From: an uncultured Actinomycetes bacterium
GTDB lineage: Bacteria > Actinomycetota > Thermoleophilia > Solirubrobacterales > Solirubrobacteraceae
DNA length: 64,000 nucleotides
Direction: 5' to 3'
Assembly: GCA_963822735.1 (NCBI GenBank)
Contig: CAWGIU010000015.1
Location: 13,625 to 77,624, forward strand
Part shown: positions 1 through 8,394 of the stretch, one piece after another
Numbering within the stretch: position 1 is the stretch's first letter
How the letters are laid out: every line of letters starts with the position of its first letter
Program-made: the position numbers and the translations under genes
Notes under the pieces: generated by a model
What the model was told of the DNA's origin: nothing
The model's database searches: none
The model's input: only the letters and a program-made list of their open reading frames with translations

Positions 1-383
1 TTTGTCATGTGCTCGAGCGGGAGGTGGTGCCGCCGGGGTGAATACACCGAGACGCAGCTATGCGATGAATAGGCATGCAGATTGGGAAACAGCACCGCCT
101 CGCCGCGCACGATGCGCCCATCGGGATGGATCGATGGCGGCAGCCTCGGCGTCAGCGATTCGATCCGCTCAGGACAGAACGGACATCGCGGCTGGTTCTC
201 GCGGGCGAACGCCGCCAGATCGAAGTCGCTGGCGGGCATCAGCCCGCGATCGGGAAGGATGCGCGAGCTGTGGCCGGTCAGGGGGTCGATTCGCACCTCG
301 ATCGCGGCCCGGATCGGCTTCTCGCCGTCCGGTTCGAGCATCTCCGCCGTCAGCGTGTGGCGAACGAACTCGAGCTCTGGCAT
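1..383 (-). CDS. GalT-like (galactose-1-phosphate uridylyltransferase / HIT-superfamily) protein, N-terminal part; the gene runs off the left edge
   Basis: My own minus-strand translation from ATG 383..381 gives MPELEFVRHTLTAEMLEPDGEKPIRAAIEVRIDPLTGHSSRILPDRG...NQPRCPFCPERIE...AVLFPNLHAYSSH. The frame stays open to position 1. CPFCP and FPN motifs are typical of GalT-type transferases. It is absent from the ORF track because it has no stop in the window. Confidence 0.55.
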   Translation of the reverse strand, partial: MPELEFVRHTLTAEMLEPDGEKPIRAAIEVRIDPLTGHSSRILPDRGLMPASDFDLAAFARENQPRCPFCPERIESLTPRLPPSIHPDGRIVRGEAVLFPNLHAYSSHSCVSVYSPRRHHLPLEHMT

Positions 384-727
384 CCCGGCAATCGTGCCAC
401 GCGGTCATCGCTGGCGTCCGTGTTGACTGTGACCTCGTCCTCGGACCGTGCGCCGAGCCTGCTGCGGCCCGCCAGCCGCAGCCAGCGGCGTGCGTTGAGC
501 CCGAGCGAAAGTGCGGCGACCGCTAGGACAGCGGCGAGCGACATCACTCCAGCGGTGGCGAGCGCGAGGGCCGTCAATCTCGCAGCAGCTGACGCGGCGG
601 CGGCGACGCCCCCTTCGAGAGTCGCCGGTACTGCTGGCGGCGCGCGTAGTTTTCGCACTTCTTCGCCCCAAGGATGCGCCGGAATGCGCTGCTCGTAAGC
701 GAATTCGTCGTCCTTCGCGGTCGTCAT
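350..727 (-). CDS. Hypothetical small protein with one hydrophobic helix (weak call)
   Basis: Internal ATG of track ORF 350..790 (the upstream part would overlap the tRNA). Translation is MTTAKDDEFAYEQRIPAHPWGEE... followed by the Ala/Leu-rich stretch LTALALATAGVMSLAAVLAVAALSLGL. It overlaps the GalT-like start by 34 nt. I recognise no family. Confidence 0.25.
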   Translation of the reverse strand: MTTAKDDEFAYEQRIPAHPWGEEVRKLRAPPAVPATLEGGVAAAASAAARLTALALATAGVMSLAAVLAVAALSLGLNARRWLRLAGRSRLGARSEDEVTVNTDASDDRVARLPGCQSSSSFATR

Positions 728-733
728 AACCAG

Positions 734-816
734 TGCGGCGGGTGGGATTCGAACCCACACGTCCTTTCGGACAATGCGTTTTGAGCGCATCGAGTCTGCC
801 GTTCCTCCACCGCCGC
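734..816 (-). tRNA. tRNA-Leu (anticodon CAA), class II with a long variable arm; CCA not encoded
   Basis: Reverse complement is GCGGCGGTGGAGGAACGGCAGACTCGATGCGCTCAAAACGCATTGTCCGAAAGGACGTGTGGGTTCGAATCCCACCCGCCGCA. Acceptor stem is GCGGCGG/CCGCCGC. Anticodon stem ATGCG/CGCAT carries loop CTCAAAA. T arm is GTGGG-TTCGAAT-CCCAC. The variable-arm hairpin is GTCC-GAAA-GGAC. Confidence 0.9.
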
Positions 817-871
817 GCTGAGCCGCGAGTGTAGAGCCGCTATCGGTGCGAGACTCGGCGGCGATCCGCCC

Positions 872-1711
872 TCACCTCGCCACCAGCTCATACAGCTCGT
901 CGATCAACCCAGCGGGCGCCACAACCACCCCGGCTGGGTCCTCGCCCGCTTCCGGCAGTTCGCGAAGGGCCAGACCGGCGCGCTCCGCGACGAGTCCGCC
1001 TGCGGCCAGGTCCCAGGTCTTGAGGCCGCGCTCGTAGTAGGCGTCGTAGCGGCCGCATGCGCACCAGCAGAGGTCGAGTGCGGCAGCCCCTGCCCGGCGG
1101 ATGTCCCTGGCCCGCGGCAGCACGCGCGCCACGACCGCCGCCTGTCGCTCCCGGATCGCGGTTTCGTAGCCGAAGCCGGTGGCGACCATCGCAAACTCCA
1201 GCCGTGAAGCGCGCTCAGGAATCTCGATCTCCTTGCCGTTGAGCGTCGGGCTCCCCGAGCGCGTCGCCTCAAAGCATTCGTTGTGAACCGGGTCGAGCAC
1301 CACGCCGGCCACGCAGCCCGACGCGTCCTCGCAAGCGACGCTGACCGCGAACACCGGTATCCCGAACAGGAAGTTGATCGTGCCGTCGAGCGGGTCGACG
1401 ATCCAGCGCAGCGCGCCATCAGTCTTGTCCCGCTGCCCCCTGGACCCAAAGTCGTCCGCTACTTCCTCGCCCGCCGCAGCCTCGCGCGCCGGTGTCGCCC
1501 CTCCCTCCTCCCCCAGGATCGCGTCATCCGGTCGCCGTGAGGCGAGTACCGAGCGGATCGCGGACTCCGCGGCAAGGTCGGCATCCGAGACGAGGTCGGT
1601 GGGGGTGCTCTTGGCGCGTACGCCCTCGTGGCGCCCGAAGCGTTCACGAAGCTCTCCTGCCGCAGCCGCCGCGGCCTCGCGGGCCACCGCCAGAAGCTCG
1701 GCGTCGGTCAT
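872..1711 (-). CDS. Inositol monophosphatase family protein (SuhB/ImpA-like)
   Basis: 279 aa. Contains WIVDPLDGTINFLFGIPVFAVSVA and EEGG motifs typical of IMPase/FBPase-fold phosphatases. Confidence 0.85.
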   Translation of the reverse strand: MTDAELLAVAREAAAAAAGELRERFGRHEGVRAKSTPTDLVSDADLAAESAIRSVLASRRPDDAILGEEGGATPAREAAAGEEVADDFGSRGQRDKTDGALRWIVDPLDGTINFLFGIPVFAVSVACEDASGCVAGVVLDPVHNECFEATRSGSPTLNGKEIEIPERASRLEFAMVATGFGYETAIRERQAAVVARVLPRARDIRRAGAAALDLCWCACGRYDAYYERGLKTWDLAAGGLVAERAGLALRELPEAGEDPAGVVVAPAGLIDELYELVAR

Positions 1712-1772
1712 CGGCGCACCACGAGCAGAAGCTCAGCGTCGCTCATCGGCGGCGTTCTAGCATGGCCGCCGC

Positions 1773-3032
1773 ATGCGCCCGGCCGAGACCATCGCCACGC
1801 TGGCGAGCTTTGAAAACCGCGGCGCCGGTACCGATGCCGAGCGGCGGGCGGCGATCGAGCTGGCATCAGTGCTGCAGCGAGAGGGCATCCAGCGGCCGCG
1901 TGAAACGGTGATCGAGCCGTTCTGGTGCCGCCCAAACTGGGCGCTGGCGCATGCCTGGCACGCGGCGCTCGGGCTGGCTGGAAGCCTGGTCGTCACGACG
2001 TCGGCTCGCGTGGGAGGCGCGATGGTGCTCGTGGCGCTTCTGTCGCTGCTAGCCGATGCGCTGACCGGCGTCTCGCTCGGCCGGCGCCTGACCCCGGAGC
2101 GCGCCAGCCAGAATGTGGTCAGCGAGGCCACCCCTAGCCCAAGGGACGACACCGGCCGAGTGCGGCTCGTCATCACCGCTAACTACGACGCCGGCAGAAC
2201 CGGACTCGTCTACCGCGATCGTGTCCGGCGTGCAGTCGCCGCGCTGACGAACCCCACCGGGAGGAGAGCCCCGGGCTGGCTAGCGTGGCTGGCGATCGCA
2301 CTCGGCTGGGTGCTCGTCATCGCCGTCCTCCGGCTGAGCGGCCACAAGGGAACCGCGCTCGGTGTCGCCCAGCTGGTGCCGACCGTGGGCTTGGTATTGG
2401 CGCTCGCGTCCCTGCTCGAGTCGGCCACGGCCGGATGGGGACCGGCGGCCAACGACAACGCCAGCGGCGTGGGAGCGGCGGTCGCGCTCGTGCAGGCCCT
2501 GGACGCCGCCGCGCCGCGAAGGCTCGCGGTTGACCTCGTGCTCCAGGGGGCGGGCGACGGTGAGGGCATCGGCCTGCGCTCCTATCTGCGGGTGCGGCGA
2601 TCGTCGCGGCGGGCGCCGAACACGATCGTGCTCGGCCTCGCCGCCTCGAGCGGCGGAGGCCCGGTGTGGTTTCTGAGCGACGGAGCGCTCGTGCCGCTGG
2701 CCTACTTCCGTCAGCTCCGACGGCTGTGCGAAACGGTGGCCGCCGAGGAGCCGCAGGCCCATGCACGCCCTTACCGTGGACGCGGCGCTACGCCCGCGCT
2801 TCCGGCTCGCTGGGGCCGCCTGCCGGCCATCACGCTGGGCGCCCGCGACCGGCTCGGGCTGGCGCCCCGATCGCATCAGGTCTCAGACGCCGCCGCAAGC
2901 GTCGACTCCCGTGCCGTCGATCGGGTGGTGGAGTTCGCGCTTCTGCTCGTCGATCAGATCGACGCCCACCTCGCGAATCGGACAGCCCCGGCTGAGACTA
3001 TTGCTCGGCCCATTCGACTGGCCCGGCGGTGA
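1773..3032 (+). CDS. M28-family peptidase-like integral membrane protein
   Basis: 419 aa with several hydrophobic segments. NDNASGVGAAVALVQAL resembles the M28 aminopeptidase zinc-ligand region. Confidence 0.6.
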   Translation: MRPAETIATLASFENRGAGTDAERRAAIELASVLQREGIQRPRETVIEPFWCRPNWALAHAWHAALGLAGSLVVTTSARVGGAMVLVALLSLLADALTGVSLGRRLTPERASQNVVSEATPSPRDDTGRVRLVITANYDAGRTGLVYRDRVRRAVAALTNPTGRRAPGWLAWLAIALGWVLVIAVLRLSGHKGTALGVAQLVPTVGLVLALASLLESATAGWGPAANDNASGVGAAVALVQALDAAAPRRLAVDLVLQGAGDGEGIGLRSYLRVRRSSRRAPNTIVLGLAASSGGGPVWFLSDGALVPLAYFRQLRRLCETVAAEEPQAHARPYRGRGATPALPARWGRLPAITLGARDRLGLAPRSHQVSDAAASVDSRAVDRVVEFALLLVDQIDAHLANRTAPAETIARPIRLARR

Positions 3033-3918
3033 TCACGTGGCTCGTGAGCGGGCGCCCCAGAACCGTCTGCGCCACGCGCGAGGCTTCGACCAACGCCCGC
3101 AAATCGACTCCGGTGGCGATCCCCATCTCCTCCAGCATGGAGACCAGATCCTCGGTGGCGATGTTTCCCGTACTCCCGGGCGGCACCGGGCACCCGCCGA
3201 GCTCGCCAAAGGATGATTCGAAGCTCGCTACCCCCGTGTCCAGCGCGGCCAGCACGTTCGCCAGCCCCTGTCCCCGCGTGTTGTGGAAATGCGCCGTCAG
3301 CTCGACGTCGGGCAGGGCGTCCATTGCCAGACGGAAGAAATCCCGCACCTGAACCGGGTTCGCCATCCCCGTCGTGTCCCCGAACCCGATCTCCTGCGCG
3401 CCGGCCTCAGCCAGCCGCTTGGCGATCGCCAGAACCCGCTCAGGCGAGACGTGCCCCTCATAGGGACAGCCGAATGACACCGAGATCACTCCCTCGCATC
3501 GCAGCCCCTCATCGCGGGCGCGGCCGAACGTCCGCTCGAGCCCGGTGAGCGAATCCTCGATCGAGCGGCCGACGTTCTTCTGATTGTGGGTGTCGGACGC
3601 CGAGAGGAAGCCGTTGATCTCCTGGAACCGCTGCCTGTAGTGCAGCGCCCGCTCCAGTCCACGCTCGTTGGGGATGAGCACGCTGACCGCCACCTCGGGA
3701 GGGAGCCGTACGGCCTCCAGCACCTCCTCGGCGTCTGCGAGCTGCGGGATCACATCGGGACGGACGAAGCTCGTGACCTCGATGCGCCGCAGGCCCGCCG
3801 CGCCAAGCATCTTGATCAGCCGCAGCTTGTCGGCGGTGGCTAACACCTCGGGCTCGTTCTGGAACCCGTCGCGCGGACCAACCTCTCGGATCCTCACGCT
3901 CGTAGGGAGAGAACTCAT
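2998..3918 (-). CDS. Hydroxymethylglutaryl-CoA lyase
   Basis: 306 aa. The N-terminus VRIREVGPRDGFQNE and a DRE-TIM fold pattern are present, with GCPYEG and FHNTRGQGLANVLAAL motifs. Confidence 0.9.
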   Translation of the reverse strand: MSSLPTSVRIREVGPRDGFQNEPEVLATADKLRLIKMLGAAGLRRIEVTSFVRPDVIPQLADAEEVLEAVRLPPEVAVSVLIPNERGLERALHYRQRFQEINGFLSASDTHNQKNVGRSIEDSLTGLERTFGRARDEGLRCEGVISVSFGCPYEGHVSPERVLAIAKRLAEAGAQEIGFGDTTGMANPVQVRDFFRLAMDALPDVELTAHFHNTRGQGLANVLAALDTGVASFESSFGELGGCPVPPGSTGNIATEDLVSMLEEMGIATGVDLRALVEASRVAQTVLGRPLTSHVITAGPVEWAEQ

Positions 3919-3922
3919 CCCC

Positions 3923-5098
3923 CTACTTATAGATCAAGCGGTACCCCAGCATCTGCGTCAAGGTCACAAACTTGTAGCCGCGGCGACGCAGTGTGTTGAT
4001 GATTGTCGGCAGGGCCGCGAGTGTCTCGGAGCGGTTTCCGCCGCCGTCGTGCATCTCGAGAATCGAGCCGCCCGAGGCGTTGTTGATGACGTTGCTCTCG
4101 ATCTCCCCCACCCCGGGCATCGCCCAGTCCCGCGGGTCGACGTTCCACTGGATCGTGGTCATACCCATCGAGCGCACCAGCGAGAGCAGTCCCGGGCTGG
4201 TGGCTCCATATGGCGCCCTGAATAGGCACGGTCTGAAGCCGCCCGTCGCGCGGCTGATGGCGTTCGCGGTCGACGCGATCTGGGACCGCTGCGCCGACGA
4301 GGACAGTGATGGCATGTTGGGATGTGTCCAGGTGTGATCGCCGATCATGTCGCCGTCGCGCAGCATGCGCCGGTCGACAGAACCACCCTTGCCGCCGTAC
4401 TGGCTTATCTGCTCCCCGATCTGAAAGAACGTCGCCGGCACGTTCTCCCTTTCCAGCAACGAGAGGAACTGCGGCGTGTCGTACCACGGCCCGTCATCGA
4501 AGGCCAGCGCGATGTCGCGCACGTTGGTGGGGCCGTGGAAGACGAAGTTGGAACCCGTGGCCACGCAGCCCACGAGCTTGACTGCCCGCACCGTCAACAG
4601 CTGCGGCTGAGCGGGCGACAGCGTCGCGCACTGGCCAACGCAGTTCGCAGTGCTCTGGACACGGACCTGCCAGCGCAGCGGCTGGTAGGCGAGCCCCACA
4701 CTCGTGGGCAGAAAAGACGCCGAGACGGTGTTCGTGCTCGGACGGTTGACGGTGGCAGCGACCACCTTGCCCCCGCCCAGCTCGAGCCGGTCGGGCGGAC
4801 GGTTGTGCGGGCCCGGTATGAGGCACAGCGTGGCAGCCGTCTGCCCGCTCGACGCACGCTCAAGCAGCAGGCAGAGCGCGGTGTTGTCGCGCTTGAGCGA
4901 CGCCGCCGAGAACGGCCGGCTGAGCTGCGCTCGCCACACAAGGTTCTGACCGCTCTGACTGAGACTCGTCGAAGCCACCGTCGGCGGCGGCTCGCTGGCG
5001 GGGTGGGCCCGCAACGCGCGCCCGGCCGCCGCTGACGCAAACAGCAACAGCAACGCGCCCGCGGCCAGCGCCATGATCACCACCGCTCTTCCCCGCAT
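3923..5098 (-). CDS. Secreted polysaccharide deacetylase (NodB homology domain) with an N-terminal extra domain
   Basis: Internal start MRGRAVVIMALAAGALLLLFASAAAG (signal-like) within track ORF 3923..5626. The longer ORF would overlap cofD. The C-terminal half has FDDGPW, ATFF and GDHTWTHP motifs. Confidence 0.8.
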   Translation of the reverse strand: MRGRAVVIMALAAGALLLLFASAAAGRALRAHPASEPPPTVASTSLSQSGQNLVWRAQLSRPFSAASLKRDNTALCLLLERASSGQTAATLCLIPGPHNRPPDRLELGGGKVVAATVNRPSTNTVSASFLPTSVGLAYQPLRWQVRVQSTANCVGQCATLSPAQPQLLTVRAVKLVGCVATGSNFVFHGPTNVRDIALAFDDGPWYDTPQFLSLLERENVPATFFQIGEQISQYGGKGGSVDRRMLRDGDMIGDHTWTHPNMPSLSSSAQRSQIASTANAISRATGGFRPCLFRAPYGATSPGLLSLVRSMGMTTIQWNVDPRDWAMPGVGEIESNVINNASGGSILEMHDGGGNRSETLAALPTIINTLRRRGYKFVTLTQMLGYRLIYK

Positions 5099-5194
5099 CT
5101 CGAACAACAACCTACCTCCTCGGGCCACAGGCTGCCCTACACACCCCCTGTGTCCGGGAAACATAGACTGCGCCGCCATGCCTGAGATCAGCTC

Positions 5195-6118
5195 GTGAGG
5201 GGCCCGATCGTCGTGCTCGCCGGCGGCTCCGGGGGCGCGAAGCTGGCCCGCGGCATGCTCGATGTCGTCGGAGACGACGAACTCGTGATCGTCGCCAACA
5301 CGGGCGATGACGTCGAGATCTACGGCGCCTACGTCTCGCCCGACCCGGATCTGGTGACGTTCTGGCTGGCCGACCGGATCGACTCCCGCGGCTGGGGCCT
5401 CCAGGACGACAGCTTTGCGGTCATGGACGGGCTCAGGGCGCTGGGGGTGGAGGTTTGGTTCAACCTCGGCGACCGGGACCTGGCGGTCGGGTTGGAGCGC
5501 GCGCGGCTGCTGGCGGACGGCGCCAGGCTGACCGTGGCCCACGAAACCATAGTGTCCGCACTCGGAGTGCAGGCGCGAGTGCTTCCGATGAGCGACGATC
5601 CGGTCCGCACCAAGGTGCTGGCGCACGGTCGCTGGTGGCCGTTTCAGGAGTTCATGATCAGCGCTCGCTCCGAGGGGCCCGTGGAGGACGTGTCATTTGC
5701 CAGCGCGGCCGCGTCCGCGCCAACGCCGGAGGTGCTCGAGGCGATCGACACAGCGCGGGCGATCGTCATCGGCCCGTCCAACCCGGTGATTTCGATCGGG
5801 CCAATCCTTGCGGTCCGTGGGATGCGCGAAGCCCTGAGAGCCAGTCAGGCGCCGGTCGTGGCGGTCAGCCCGATCGTCCGCGGCGAGGTGCTGAAGCCGG
5901 CCACCGTGCCGTTCATGCGCTGGGCGGGACACGAGCTGAACGCCGAGGGCATCGCCGGCTACTACGGCGACTTGTTGAGCGGGCTGGTGGCCGACGAGCG
6001 CACCGCGGCACTGCCGCTGTTGGAGACCGATGTACTGATGGCGGACGCGGAGGGCCGCCGACGCCTGGCGGAGTGCACGCTGGGATTCGCGCTCGGCTTA
6101 GGCAGTAGCTTGGCCTGA
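5195..6118 (+). CDS. cofD: 2-phospho-L-lactate transferase (F420 biosynthesis, CofD/FbiA)
   Basis: 307 aa. The N-terminus VVLAGGSGGAKLARGM, IVANTGDD and the overall CofD pattern are present. It is followed by cofC and cofE. Confidence 0.9.
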   Translation: MRGPIVVLAGGSGGAKLARGMLDVVGDDELVIVANTGDDVEIYGAYVSPDPDLVTFWLADRIDSRGWGLQDDSFAVMDGLRALGVEVWFNLGDRDLAVGLERARLLADGARLTVAHETIVSALGVQARVLPMSDDPVRTKVLAHGRWWPFQEFMISARSEGPVEDVSFASAAASAPTPEVLEAIDTARAIVIGPSNPVISIGPILAVRGMREALRASQAPVVAVSPIVRGEVLKPATVPFMRWAGHELNAEGIAGYYGDLLSGLVADERTAALPLLETDVLMADAEGRRRLAECTLGFALGLGSSLA

Positions 6119-6159
6119 CCATGGCACCAGTGGCCGCCGACACTTAGCTTTCGCCGCCG

Positions 6160-6819
6160 ATGTCCACACTCGCCGTTCTCCCGGTCAAGAGCTTCAAGGA
6201 CGCCAAGCAGCGACTCGACCCCGGGCTCGATCCGGCCCCGCGGCGGATGCTCGCCGAGGCCATGTTCGCCGATGTGCTGATCGCCCTCCGTAGGGCTCGG
6301 ACGATCGCCAGGGTGCTAGTTGTGAGCACGGACCGCGCCGCGCAGCGCCTGGCAGGCGCGTACGGCGCGATGCTGCTCAGCGAGGACAACCGCGGTCACA
6401 ATTACGCCGCTGGCAACGGCGTTCGCTATGCGCTCGAGCAGCGGATAGAACGCGTATTGCTGGTGCCGGCGGACTGCCCAGCTCTCGACCCGGCCGAAGT
6501 CGACGAGCTGGTCGGCCGCGAAGTGCCCACGCCGTCGGCCCTGATCGTCCCCGACCGGCACGGCACCGGCACCAATGCTCTGCTGCTGACCCCCCCGGAC
6601 GTCATCGACCCTTCCTTCGGACCGGGCAGCCGCGAGCGTCACGAGGGCGAGTGCCTGTCCGCCGGCGTGTTCCACAGGACGCTCGACGTGCCCAGCCTGG
6701 CGCTCGACGTGGACACTCCCGAGGATCTCGACGAGCTTCGCTCGACGCTTGCCGTGCGTCACGGCGGCGCGGCCCACACCCGGGGTCTCCTACGACGTTT
6801 GGGCGGCAGAGCGGAGTGA
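6160..6819 (+). CDS. cofC: Phospholactate/phosphoenolpyruvate guanylyltransferase (CofC/FbiD)
   Basis: 219 aa. Starts AVLPVKSFKDAKQRL and contains PADCPAL and GTGTNALL motifs. Its stop overlaps the cofE ATG (ATGA at 6817-6821). Confidence 0.85.
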   Translation: MSTLAVLPVKSFKDAKQRLDPGLDPAPRRMLAEAMFADVLIALRRARTIARVLVVSTDRAAQRLAGAYGAMLLSEDNRGHNYAAGNGVRYALEQRIERVLLVPADCPALDPAEVDELVGREVPTPSALIVPDRHGTGTNALLLTPPDVIDPSFGPGSRERHEGECLSAGVFHRTLDVPSLALDVDTPEDLDELRSTLAVRHGGAAHTRGLLRRLGGRAE

Positions 6820-7568
6820 TGGTTGCGACGCTGGCGCTGGACGGCCTGCCGGAGGTGCGGGCGGGCGATGACCTCGCGGAGCTGATCGCCGCCGCGGCGC
6901 CGCCCGACGCGCTCGATGGGGACACCGTCGTCGCGGTCTCGCACAAGGTTGTCTCGAAGTCCGAGGGCCGCGTCCGCGCGCTGGCATCGATCGAGCCCTC
7001 GCAGCGAGCGTTCGAGCTCGCCGAGGGCCTGGGCAAGGACGCGCGGCACGTTCAGGCGGTGCTGGACGAGTCGCGCCGCGTGCTGCGGGCCGCGCGCGGG
7101 GTGATGATCTGCGTCACCCACCACGGGTTCGTGTGTGCCAACGCCGGCGTCGATGCCTCGAACGCGCCGGCGCCGGACGCGGTCGTGCTACTGCCCCGGG
7201 ACCCGGACGCATCCGCACGCGCGCTGCGAGCTGGGCTTCACGCGCGCACCGGCGAGTCGCCCGCGGTCCTGATCAGCGACTCGTTCGGCCGCGCCTGGCG
7301 CCATGGCCAGACGGAGGTGACGATCGGATGCGCGGGCCTCGCGCCGTTTGAGGATTGGCGCGGGCGCCTCGACGCCGCGGGGCGCGAGCTCCATGCCACC
7401 TGGATCGCCGTCGCAGACCAGCTTGCCGCCGCAGCGGACCTTGCGCGCCGCAAGGACTCCCGGCAGCCGGTCGTGCTCGTCCGCGGTGCCGGGCACCATG
7501 TCACGGCCGACGATGGTCCCGGCGCCGCCGCGCTGATCCGCCCGGAGTCGGAGGACCTATTTAGATGA
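6819..7568 (+). CDS. cofE: F420-0:gamma-glutamyl ligase (single-domain CofE)
   Basis: Internal ATG of track ORF 6651..7568. Translation is MVATLALDGLPEVRAGDDLAELI...VVAVSHKVVSKSEGR...NAGVDASN. It is about 249 aa with no C-terminal nitroreductase-like domain. Confidence 0.85.
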   Translation: MVATLALDGLPEVRAGDDLAELIAAAAPPDALDGDTVVAVSHKVVSKSEGRVRALASIEPSQRAFELAEGLGKDARHVQAVLDESRRVLRAARGVMICVTHHGFVCANAGVDASNAPAPDAVVLLPRDPDASARALRAGLHARTGESPAVLISDSFGRAWRHGQTEVTIGCAGLAPFEDWRGRLDAAGRELHATWIAVADQLAAAADLARRKDSRQPVVLVRGAGHHVTADDGPGAAALIRPESEDLFR

Positions 7569-7577
7569 AGTCAAAAG

Positions 7578-7608
7578 GCGCCCCGGGCCTTCAGGCCCAG
7601 GGGCGCCC
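7578..7608. terminator. Bidirectional stem-loop between convergent cofE and fabI
   Basis: GGCGCCCCGGGCC-TTCA-GGCCCAGGGGCGCC, flanked by AAAA upstream and TTCTATT downstream. Confidence 0.6.
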
Positions 7609-7611
7609 GTT

Positions 7612-8394
7612 CTATTCCGGTGGATGAAGCGGTGCGCCCAGGCTGTGAAACCCTCCGTCGACGTGGAGGATCTCACCGGTCACTCCGCGTGCGTAATCGG
7701 AGAACAGGAAGCAGACCGCGTCCGCGACCGGTCCCGGATCGCCGTCGTCCCAGCCCAGCGGAGCCTGCGTTTGCCACAGCGCGGCGAGGCGCTCGAAGCC
7801 CGGAATGCCACGCGCCGCGACAGTCCCCAGCGGGCCTGCCGCCACCAGGTTGACCCGGATGCCTTGCGGGCCGAGGTCCCGCGCCAGGTACCGGGACACG
7901 GATTCCAGCCCCGCCTTGGCCACCCCCATCCAGTCGTAGATCGGCCAGGCGACGGAGGCGTCGAAGTCGAGCCCGACGATGCTGCCGCCGCCGTCCATCA
8001 GCGGCTCGAGCGCGGCGGCCACGGCTTTGAGCGAAAACGCGCTGGTCCGAAAGGCAGCCTCTGCGCTCTCGGGTGGCGTGCTCATAAATTTTCCCCCGAG
8101 CGCGTCCTCCGGGGCGAAGGCGATGGCGTGAAGGGCGCCGTCGACCCGACCCCAGCGCTCGCGCAGCGACTCCGTCAGTGCCGCCAGATCGTCTTTGGAG
8201 TTGACGTCCAGCTCGAGCACGTCCACGGGCTCCGGTAGGCGTGTCGCAGCCCGCTCCGTAAGCCGACGCACCCGTCCAAAGCTCGTCAGGAGGATCGACG
8301 CCCCCTCGCGCTGGGCCTGCTCGGCGACGCGGAAGGCAATCGATTCCTTGGTGATTACGCCGGTTATCAGCAGGCGCTTGCCTGCCAGGATCAC
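7612..8394 (-). CDS. fabI: Enoyl-ACP reductase (NADH), FabI/InhA type
   Basis: 260 aa. Starts ILAGKRLLITGVITKESIAF. Its GTG start overlaps the accD stop (GTGA). Confidence 0.9.
   Translation of the reverse strand: MILAGKRLLITGVITKESIAFRVAEQAQREGASILLTSFGRVRRLTERAATRLPEPVDVLELDVNSKDDLAALTESLRERWGRVDGALHAIAFAPEDALGGKFMSTPPESAEAAFRTSAFSLKAVAAALEPLMDGGGSIVGLDFDASVAWPIYDWMGVAKAGLESVSRYLARDLGPQGIRVNLVAAGPLGTVAARGIPGFERLAALWQTQAPLGWDDGDPGPVADAVCFLFSDYARGVTGEILHVDGGFHSLGAPLHPPE

Noticed and set aside
729-872. tRNA-Leu as a possible integration hotspot or genomic island border.
   Set aside because: No integrase, no direct repeat of the tRNA 3' end and no compositional shift is visible on either side. 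The flanking genes are housekeeping.
3923-5626. Long N-terminal extensions of track ORFs: 3923..5626, 12052..13635, 11315..12214, 6651..7568, 39027..40121, 16271..18322, 58998..62198 and 62093..63004.
   Set aside because: The extensions overlap neighbouring well-supported genes, are compositionally Arg/Pro-rich, and precede internal starts that restore canonical N-termini, signal peptides, RBSs or 4-nt coupling overlaps. I used the shorter models.
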